From Catajapyx aquilonaris (taxonomy: Eukaryota), in contig KZ538620.1 in assembly GCA_000934665.2 (NCBI GenBank), positions 1-58,131 on the forward strand: a stretch of DNA of 58,131 nt, in the 5' to 3' direction. A program made the position numbers and the translations under genes. The notes beneath the pieces were generated by a model. That model worked only from the letters and a program-made list of their open reading frames with translations. It had not been told where the DNA came from and searched no databases. Numbering within the stretch: position 1 is the first letter of the stretch; the number at the start of each line of letters is the position of its first letter. Positions 23,729-33,626 of this stretch are shown here, piece by piece.

Positions 23729-24726
23729 TTACATCATAACGTCATTGCCCTCCATCATGACCACCCGGCATCTGAAACACGAAATTGAATTAATTTTTAC
23801 CGCTCAAAACTTGAATTGATAAAATCTTAATTTGCTTATTACAGTTTCCTTGTTACTTGACGATCATTATTAAATTCAGTAGGCCTAATAAATGAATGAT
23901 TTTTATTGCAATATGAATAATGCGAGAGAGAAACTTCAGTGCTGGAAATACTTACTTGCAGAGAGCAGGCACCCAGAGGAGACCAGTGGTGCATTCCCTG
24001 GGTGCATTTTTACACTGGCACTCGCATGTGCGATGGTTCCATTCCCTGTCGGGTTGTGTCTCACACATGGCCTTCTTGACCTCGTCCATGCAGTGACACC
24101 TGCACTCAGTCTCTAGGTACACCTGCTGATCGTTGCAATGCTCCTCTCGAACGGCGCACTGGTACTGGCAGCTCATATGCTCCTCCACTTCCATCGTCCC
24201 GCACTTCTCGGACATACTGCCATGAAGCATAACCTGCCAGAGGAAAACATTACATCTCATGTATTCAGAGTACACGATGATGCTTACCTCGACTGGAACC
24301 ATCTTGGTATGTCGGGGCATGCATGCCAACAGACCGCTTTGTGCTCCGGTGCATCGGTTCACCTTCACATGAGACGGAGACATCTGAAAATGGACTCATT
24401 GTGTCACCTGCACATAATTTGAGATGTACTGTACAGTCCAGTCGCGGTACTTACGCTTTGCGCGTGCGGATGGGCGCTTCTGGGCAATCGCACTATTGAA
24501 GGCAGTGGCTTGCACCGGATATTCTTCATATGCTGTCTGAGCTTCATCAGGTGAGATTCTGAACACGAATCTACACAAAAAAACAGCATAATAATAATAA
24601 TTCAAGAACTATTTTGAGACACCATTGCTTAGATGTTAAGCAATGAGTCAACTTACTGACAGGGACAAACGTCCCATGTGTTGCCGCAACAATGGCAAGG
24701 AGGACGAGGAAACTGGCTCCGACCAT
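23729..24726 (-). CDS. Atypical PDGF/VEGF-like secreted protein (Pvf-C), tandem paralogue of Pvf-B; exons 24726-24657, 24570-24455, 24383-24288, 24233-23956, 23771-23729
   Basis: MVGASFLVLLAIVAATHGTFVPV-NSCSESHLMKLRQHMKNIRCKPLPSIVRLP...-MSPSHVKVNRCTGAQSGLLACMP...-VMLHGSMSEKCGTMEVEEHMSCQYQC...CRCHC...CECQC...LCK-CRVVMMEGNDVMM*. Same exon lengths (70/116/96/278/43) and phases as Pvf-B. Confidence 0.85.
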
Positions 24727-25738
24727 TGTTCTGTGTTGCTTATTCCAGCTCCTAAAACAAGAGTGATGCCAGCTTCCTGAGGGATTCTATAATCTCACTT
24801 TATATTATACACGATCATCCGGTTTGTGGTTGTAGTTCCTAATGGATACAAGAGGAAGCTGGGGGTTTTTCCCAAACCTCAATCTATTAATTATGCCCTT
24901 TTTTAGACGCCTCCTAAAATGGACGCTTTTACCGGGAAGCAGCAGTTCATTCAGGCAAAAGGAAAAGAAGGGCTTGACGTCAGCAAGATGGACGTTTCTT
25001 TCACTGTAAGGAAGCTGAGAATTCTGAGAAAACTGCAACTCGTAGGATGTAATAGAGTCTATTATTAAAGGCTGAGGAAATAAAGTGGGGAGTTACCGTG
25101 GTTAAAGGTCATAAAACTATTGATACTAAGGTTTTCCTTCCTTAACCAGAGAAAATCTGGAGTTAGCTCTAGGTTTGTGCAAACTCCGCGTTGATCACGA
25201 GTTTTCTGCCTCATTAACCACAGGTTTAGAAAAAAAAACTTGCTTTGATACAACCGGTCCTAAACGGCAGCAAATGTAGTGTTTTGCTGTTGCTAATGCA
25301 TACATTTGGACATGAATAATTTATTGTTTGTAGTCAGCGAACAAAATTCAATGTTACCTGTATTCATAACTGTAAAATAAGTCAAGGGGAAAAAAATAAT
25401 CATTAGAGCTCATTGACTTGCGACTCTTTTTTCTTCTTCTTAGAAATGGCGTGACCTTTTCCTCGTATCAAATTCGCCATTTCCCAATCCCGTTGAGAGC
25501 CAACCTGTAAAACTTTGCAAAATCGGATGAAGTGATGCGACCTTGCTCTCGTTTTCATTCCTTGCAAAATTCTTTTTTGTGCTGCTCCATTCCTAAACAA
25601 TCCCGTGACCCATCTGAAATCATAAATATTTCCGTGCGTGTTGTGTGACCCTTTTAAACGCCTAGCAACCTGCGATTCCGCAAATCGATTGACCGCGCGT
25701 CGCACTTTTGCACGCCAATTTTGGTCTTGGTCGTTTGG

Positions 25739-25835
25739 TATATAGAGGAGAGGCGGTGGTTGTGGTGGTGGGGTGAAGCTCCAGTCACACACACACACAT
25801 ACACACAAACGTATTCGCAGCAGTAGTATGTGAGT
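25739..25835 (+). promoter_or_regulatory. Candidate core promoter and short first exon, probably of the retropepsin-fold gene
   Basis: tatatag at 25739, Inr-like ccagtc ~25781, (CA)n leader and a strong donor AT|gtgagt at 25829/25830. Confidence 0.4.
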
Positions 25836-26350
25836 GCGTGCCACGCAACACCAGGTTGGAGGACAGTCCATGTGCGACAGGTCAGTACACGCTTCATTAC
25901 TTTTAATAACTAGGGTATGGCCTCAATTCTGAGAGTCAAATTACCCGTAGAAAAAAGCAGGGACATAATAGGAATCAAGATGCCAACATAATACCAGATA
26001 TTTTTGCCTATATTCTGATTCTATTATTTTACTTCACCGAACTTAGGTATTGACGATGAGCACTTTACGCCTCATTTTCCCAACAAACTGCCATCACTTT
26101 AAGGGAAAATAGCAACAAAGTGATTTTGACTGGAGTTAACTCTTAACGACGGTTAAAATGTTGGTGAAACAGGCCATGCAAGTCGTGAATTGTGACATCA
26201 ATACCCAAGTTCTGATGGGGCTGCTGTTATCTTCCAATTTTTTAAAATGTGCATAATATTACTTCTTAGTAGTTATTATAGGTATAATGGTAACGATAGC
26301 GAACTCATTTGAAACATGTGAAGTTCCGCTTCATACATGGTCCAGCAGTA

Positions 26351-27025
26351 CAGGATGTTTCACAAGGTAGTCCTCCCAAAGAACCAGCTGTATTTTTCTT
26401 CCCACTCAACCTAGAAACATCATGTTTTGGTTTAAAATGTAGGCTACCTAAGTTAATGGGAATGTAGCACCATTCACAATAAATGTAATTGACCTTCAGC
26501 GACCTCTACACGCACTCGAACGCGACGCTACGCGAATTTCCTTATTAGCGAAGGTCCTCCCCCCAGCATATCGATATTAATAGTCCAAATTGTTGTACTA
26601 ATAAGTGTATAAGACCAATGCAATGGTAGATGACCTCCTTTAGAGGAATACAAAAAATCGAATAAGTTAAATACAGCCTAATGGTATCACCGAAAAAGTC
26701 ACAAGAAACCTTACCTGCCAAAAAGCCGCAAATGGGAATATTTTTTTTGAAGAGTTGTACTTACTACAATAATCAATGCACCAATTACGGACTGTTGATG
26801 ATTGTCTATATGCTGGGGAGGATATTCGCTAATAAGAAAATTCGCGTAGCGTCGCGTTCGAGTGCGTGTAGAGCTCTCTGAAGGTCAATTGCAGCATTTA
26901 TTGTGAATAATGCTACATTCCCATGAACTAAGGTACATTTTAAACCAAACATCACGTTTCTAGGTAGAGTGGTAAGAAAAATACAGCTGGTTCTTTTGGG
27001 GCACTACATATAGTTAAGCACCCTG
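26351..27025. mobile_element. Tc1/mariner-type MITE (~675 bp) with long imperfect terminal inverted repeats (~240 bp) and TA flanks
   Basis: TA|caggatg...caccctg|TA. Matching arms include aagaaccagctgtatttttctt / aagaaaaatacagctggttctt and ctctacacgcactcgaacgcgacgctacgcgaattt / aaattcgcgtagcgtcgcgttcgagtgcgtgtagag. Confidence 0.85.
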
Positions 27026-27968
27026 TATGAGATTTAAATTATCGTGTCATATTTGGACACGCAGCTTAATAAATATGTGCGGCGGGAATTAATTTTTAAT
27101 TGCATAGTAATGGCGGTATACTGTATAAAGAATATTTATTGATGACTTTGCACCATCGCTGGTGTTGTAAAATATAGTTCCTTTCATTCTTGAAAATAAT
27201 TGTTGTTGCTCCTACATCATAAGAGCACAACACGACGGCAGGAGAAAAGCCTCACTGTAGTTCTGAAAAATGGGCATAAATCATTGTACATAATGCTGCA
27301 ACCTGCCATAAATTAGCAACAATATTAAGATCATGAAACACGGCGAGTACCTGTAAATTTATGCCAACCATTATTGGGAGTTTGCAAACATGAGGGATGA
27401 GGCAGTACCTTGGAGCTAGTTTTTATTACCAGAGTAATGCAATGCGAACCTGCACTGTAACGGTAGCCCACATTCTAATATGTGTCGTATAGTAAGTGTA
27501 GATCGCAAGTAGGCGTAATGCTCCTATCGATTACTTTTCCTTCCATGAAATCCATAGGCCCATGAATAAATGACTCGTGGGGCCCTTCTTCAGCAGGGGG
27601 AGGAAACAGAGATATTTTATTGTGATGACTGCACGTACATAGTACTAAAATTCTGTAAAATAAAATTATGTCGATGCAAAAAATTATTCATACAAAAACA
27701 TTGAGGAATTTTGTTCGCGCCAAATCTGGCAATGCAAGAATTAATATAATTCAAGTTGACATGCAATCAATGCGTCAATAGCAACCAAACAGACTGGCCA
27801 AAAACTCTGGAGTACTTGAAATAGTTGCCGTGCAGTTTTGGCACAGTGTCGAGCGAATGTATTTTTGAACAGATCCTTAGCGATAACAATAATGCGATAA
27901 TTTTTTGAATCGCATGTCGGAGCAGTGGAGTCACGTGATGCAGGGAAACACAGCAGGATCAGCCGGAA

Positions 27969-28892
27969 ATGGACCCAGGGAATGACATACTGAGCTTGGC
28001 GCTGAAGCGACACCAGGCCAGGACCCACCAGGAGAGAGGCGCCTACTCGGCCGACATTGGGCTTTTGGGTCTATCAAACAACAACAACAACAACAACAAT
28101 CAGGACTCCAGCCTAGACTCCAGCCCTCTGCCAACAAAGGTTCAATAATAATAATTCATCCCAATGTCACATGTGACCTGATTTTATCCGCAATATTTCA
28201 GAAGAGCTACCAGCCTAAAGGGTTCATAGCAGAAGTGACCAGTGCTGCTCAGCTTCGAGACTCGGGCAGGATGCCAGTACCGATGTTCGACGAGGACTCC
28301 AGAGGTGGTAGGATGGTGGCGCCTTTGGTGGTCAGCTGCCAGTGCAACGGACGCCCATGCTACGCTCTGGTCAACACCACCTCGGTCATGTCCACCATCA
28401 CTCTCAGTTTGGTCAACAAGCTGGGATTGGAAAGAGACATTCTCAGGGAGCTCAGCGCGCCACAAAATCCAATCGCCGATCCAGGTGTGGTTACATAAAT
28501 TAATTGCAGTTAATAAAACGTTAATTGAAATTTGTTGCTGATCAGGCCTGCCTCGAATGTCAGTGGAAGGATCGGTCAAGTACATCGAACTCCTTTTCGG
28601 CGGGGTCAAGCAGGTCATGAAGCTTTTTGTGGGTGAGTCCTTATTGTCCAGGAATTAAGTGACCGTTTTGACCCCCTGACATTTTTCCTGATTAGTGAAG
28701 GACAGCACGACGGACCTGGTCCTGGGAGTTGACTTTCTGAAGAAGGCCCACGCCAGCATCAACCTGGTGGACAACTGTCTCCACTTGGGTGGTGGTCCTA
28801 CACCTTCCAAGGCCTACTTTTTGGGAACCAAGGAGGTCCAGCAGGCGGTCAAGTCTGCACAGCAGAGGCCGTCCACACTCACCCTCTTCTGA
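27969..28892 (+). CDS. Retroviral-type aspartyl protease-fold protein (NRIP2/NRIP3/DDI1-like), predicted catalytically inactive; exons 27969-28139, 28202-28484, 28546-28632, 28696-28892
   Basis: LVVSCQCNGRPCYALVNTTSVMSTITLSLVNKLGL resembles the NRIP3/DDI1 active-site region (..ALVDTG../..AFVDSG..); C-terminal DLVLGVDFLKKAHASINL matches the LLGxDxL motif. Three short in-frame GT-AG introns argue for a host gene rather than a retroelement. Poly-Asn tract in exon 1. Confidence 0.75.
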
Positions 28893-28951
28893 TTTGCAAT
28901 AACCATTCCTTCTATATCATCTATTAACTCACGTGGGCATATAATTATATA

Positions 28952-29460
28952 CGGGGTGTTCCAGGGGATGTGTCTTATCGAGCAGTATGATACAAAGTTA
29001 CTCTGCTGCCTTTTAAAAATTTAAATCAGATTTTATTGCAAAGAGAAAAAGAGATTCAAACATTTGACCCTTGGTCATATTCCGGTTGATGTAAAATAGG
29101 AAAGAAAATGAACCGGTTTCGATTTAAACGTCAAGAACATCAATATATGTAAATTTGCGTTTTTTAAATAATAATTTTGCAGGTCGACTGTGGATTGATT
29201 TTTAAATATTGCAATATTTTGAGATTAATATTGCGAGTTGTGAAAAATGTTGCTGGAAAGTTTTGTCCTTTAGTGACACGAGGGCGCATTATTATTAGTT
29301 TCAGGCCTTGAATATAAATTACTTATATTCAAGGCCTGAAACTAATAATTACCTTTTATCCCGTTACTCATCATGCAATTAATTTTTCTTCCAGACAATA
29401 AGCAAACGGTGCAGAATTATTTTGTACACCTTAATAAGCCAATTCCACTGGAACACCTTT
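28952..29460. mobile_element. Degenerate Tc1/mariner-type MITE containing a perfect internal hairpin
   Basis: Left end TA-cggggtgttccagggga; the right end reverse-complements to TA-aaaggtgttccagtgga. Confidence 0.4.
29291..29349. repeat. Perfect 27-bp stem hairpin with a 5-nt loop
   Basis: attattagtttcaggccttgaatataa-attac-ttatattcaaggcctgaaactaataat. Confidence 0.9.
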
Positions 29461-30954
29461 TACATTATCATACACACATTTACGTGTAAAGGCTGTGGTG
29501 TTGTGAGATTGTTACTGTAAGATTGACGTGATATTAGTGATTCGTTATATCGAGGAGCATATTATGCTTGGACAAAGATAATGCTTTAATGTTGGAAAGC
29601 CGCTGGACGGTAATGGAGAAATGATGTAAATAAAAAAATAGTCGAAATGACTGGCTTGTGGATTTTGTAACACGTACAGTACAACTGTGCTATTAAACAT
29701 TACTTTCAGGAAGTGGTTAAGTTTCTTATAAAAATCATAATTAATGCAAAGGAGTCTATTTAGTCGGTTTTTTCCAATTAAGTTATATTTTTAAAATCGT
29801 CATCCTTAAAATATACAGTATTTTCCTTATACGATCACTTTTCCAATCGTACCTGTTGCATAATAACCTAACAATGTTCTGGATCAATATCCCTGTTGCC
29901 TGTGGACATGATCCATAGATTTTTTGGAAGGTATTGTAATAATATTGTGCTATGTTGAGCATGCATAATTATGTTGAGTGTGTAGGTTTTAGTGGGTGCT
30001 TCGCCCTATGGCCGTGTATCTCCACGACTCGACTTAATGAAAGTGGGAGGGGGGAAGGCGAGTTGTTTGCCCGCAGATCACCAAATTTGGGCGATAATCA
30101 ATCCGGACATGTGTCCCTCCACCCAACAAAACTGGTCTTCCGTCCACTTTTCTCCCCAACCACCTCCCCCCATTAAAACTTCTCTTTTTTTTCTTCTTCT
30201 TCTTCTTCATCGTCTCCATTCTCTTTCCCTCTCTCACACACACACACTTCGACTTCATTTTTGACCATAAGGTGGACTCACGTTCGAGTAACCTGACGGG
30301 AACATTTGTCACCATGTGTGAAAGGACAAGCCGATGCGGAAGACAAGTGACCAGTGATGTCGACGCCATCACACCAGGATGAGATGTAAGTATTTTGTAA
30401 GCCAGTTATTTGGAGAGCCTTGGAGTCGAGCCATTATTTTTTTTCTTAACAGCCTTCTCGACTTGGAGTGTAGGTTATGTGTTGGAATAATAACTGTAAT
30501 GTGCTTATGTAGACTAAGGAATTAATGTGGAGAATATGGGTTTTGTAATGCGGTCCTTTTTTATGTCGGGTTTGAGCTTTTAATTCTATTTTAGGCTGCA
30601 ACGGGCCACCAGAGACGCTTTGACATACGAGGATCTTATGTCTGCTGATAGTCACAATTTTTCTTTTGCGTAAATCCTATTGCTTAGGGGTCGTTGTCGG
30701 GAAGTTGCCTGGAACGCGTTCAAATCTATTCACGCACGTGGGTAAACCTAAATAAAAAAAAATGTCTTGATTTTCGAACCCTCGTGTATGGAATTTCATT
30801 TAGCCTCGACTTTAATAGATATTATTTACGTATTTATTACTTGGCGTTTGTTGGTTCATTATTATTAACTGAAAAATACAGATTAAGAAATAATAGATTG
30901 ATTACGATGTTGGCACAATATACTGAGCCCATTAGACCAATATTGCACTAATTA

Positions 30955-31150
30955 CAGGGGTCGAAATATTCGGATGCAAATGTGCAATTTATTTGCACTC
31001 CAAAAGGAGACTTGGAGTGCAAACTTTGTTTTTTAACATGGCTAAACCCAGCGATTAAAAATTAAGCACTTCAAGAGTAAGGCACTCGAGATCAAAGTAT
31101 ATGTAGTGCAAACTTTGCAAATTGACAAAAATGTTAAAATTCGACCCCTG
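30955..31150. mobile_element. Short element with CAGGGGTCGAA terminal inverted repeats (hAT-like MITE)
   Basis: caggggtcgaa at 30955 and ttcgacccctg ending at 31150; internal ttgcactc/gagtgcaa inverted motifs; no clean TSD. Confidence 0.45.
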
Positions 31151-31499
31151 CAATTACGTCACTTGTGCCCTGTTGTACAGTACTCAGAGCAGGGTGTTAC
31201 AAAAAATAATTACAGTCAAATTTGCACGCAAATCGCACGTGTATGGTCTTTATATTTTGAATATAATATTGGATCGTACATGAAAATATTTTTCGCACTT
31301 GCACATTGCAATAATTTCATCATCAATATGTCATCACACAGCGAAACAGATGTTGACGTCACAATCCCGCGAAAAGAATGAATGGGCGAATCCTGTTATT
31401 CGCCCCTGATGGCATCTGACCCCGGGGCCGGCCCCTGGGCCACTTCCCGGTTATATCAGTCGTTATTTTGGCCGTAGCATATATGAGGCGCCCCCCGTA

Positions 31500-31815
31500 T
31501 GTGTGTGTGTGTGTAGGGGGGTGGGTTTATTTGGCATGTTTGAGGGGGTGGGCTGGGGGTAGAGTGGGTGGGAGGCAAGAAGGGGAAGGGGGGGATAGGA
31601 GGAAGGGGGGGGGGNCTGGTTGTGTGTTGGGCCCAACCCAGCTCCAAATAAGGCAAAGCATTTGAACTACCTATCTCGGATTTCGTGGGAGGCTCGTCTT
31701 CTTCCTTTCGTTCGTTCGTTCTTTCTCTTTACAATTTTTTTTTCTTGGTCCACGAGTCTCCACGAGTGTGTGTGTGTGTGTAGTAGAATGTGGGTGGGGG
31801 GGCAGCAGTGGGGCT
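31500..31815 (+). repeat. G-rich / (GT)n low-complexity tract with G-quadruplex potential upstream of the 33627-39429 gene
   Basis: Many G3+ runs (31516-31614), (GT)n tracts and one N at 31615. Confidence 0.6.
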
Positions 31816-33626
31816 GAAGGGGCAGCCAGCTGCTGAGACATTCGCGGAGCCAACATGGTGAGGAATATTGCACTCTCTTCTCTTCGCAAAAGTGAATATG
31901 TGAATGGTGCTTGGTGTGATTGGTTCAATGGGACGGGAGCACACAGGCAACTCAGGCCATATAGTGTATTGGTGACAGTGCAACACAAAGTGAAGTGTGT
32001 GTGTTTGGTGATATGGCCACAAAGTGTTGATTTTGAAACTCCCTTTTTTGGGGGGGAAGTTTACTCGCGCAGTTCCAGCTTGAATCTTGTGACCAATTTC
32101 ACTGATTCATATACATATTATTACATGCGAAAAATATCTGCTTGAAAGCCAGTGTAGCATATCAAAGAGAAAAAAGTATTCCCGGTTTCTCTTGAAGTTT
32201 TTAACTTACCACACGATGGACGATATCACCTAGATCCTAATTTTAAACCCGACATTTTCCCCGGAAAATCCCACTCGACTGTAAAGTGGATACTAGAGTA
32301 TCAAATTTAAGGCGTACCAAAGAGTAAGGTACCTTAAGGAGTACCTGGGGGTACCACTGCAGGAGTACACCGGAGTACCTTGGAAAATCCTTTTGGTTGT
32401 TGTCAACAGTGTGCACCGAATTCTTATGGATTTATTCAGAGGGATTTATGTAGTGATCAATGGCCTGATTTATGTAGTTATCCCTCGCTTACTGTTTAGA
32501 AGAAAAAATCGCAAACAGCAGTTGGCTTTTAACTTGCTTTTAACTGACTGGTTTGAAAATGTCGAGGTTTCATGTATTAGGTGCAAACGGCCCTGTTGAC
32601 AAGTGAATTAAGACTCGACAACGACCCGTAGCAACCTGATATACACGTGCTGGTCGCAATTTCAGTCGCAGAATGGTGCAAATTGTAGGTCCCCATAGTT
32701 GTTATTACCAATCTTCAACAATGCTCTGATATTCAATGTAGGATTTCGTGAAAGTTTTTCTACAAAATATGGTGACTAATTTAGAGTTAGGCAGTAGTTT
32801 ATGGCAAACTAGATGTCACATTAGTATATGGATTCTGACGTTGCATAGATAAAGCCACAAATCATCTATTTTTCATTCATTTAGTGTTCGGTTAATATAT
32901 TGCCAAAAATGAAAACAATGGCAAACGTGCGTATTTAGGCTGTATAATCAGGGATGAAAATTGATATAATTCGTGGAGATGTATAAATAATTTCTCAAAA
33001 ATTAATTCTGTCGATTTCACACAGTAAGTCGCGAAATATTCACTTGCATATTTTGTGAGAAATTATCCCAAACACGTGATTATCACATTGGAATACCGTT
33101 CATTTGGCATAATGTGACCAGTTACTAAGATAAGACAAAGGGATGGTGTGTATACCTCAGCAGCATTTAACGATTCACAGCCGGTTTATGTCAGAGCCAA
33201 TACACGACAGCATAAACCGGCTGTACAGGGTGATGCACTGTCCAAGCACGAAGTTCAAGCCTGAAACGAAGGAGAAGGCGTGAATAATTAACTCCGGATT
33301 TTATTTTTTAAAATAATAGAAAGAGCCACATAGCGTACTAGTACAAGTACATTCAATCGTCATTATGGTAGCTTCTTTTTTTGAACTAGTTGCTAGAACT
33401 GGGCAGTGCACCAACCATTACCACTTATGGTATACTCGGCCTTTAGCCACAGTTCCACATAAGAATCAATTCGATCCGCACAGAGCAATGTGCAGAGTAG
33501 GTATTGTGCTACGTGTCACTTTTTGCTGGTGACAAATGGGGTCGTTTGCACAACACACATGAAACTGGACCCACTTTCTGGCTACCACAAAAATTGCTAA
33601 TTGCCTTCATTTGTGGTCCAGAAATT

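Noticed and set aside
33177..33224. 14-bp inverted repeat acagccggtttatg / cataaaccggctgt
   Set aside because: Short; probably a MITE fragment, and no evidence for a structured RNA.
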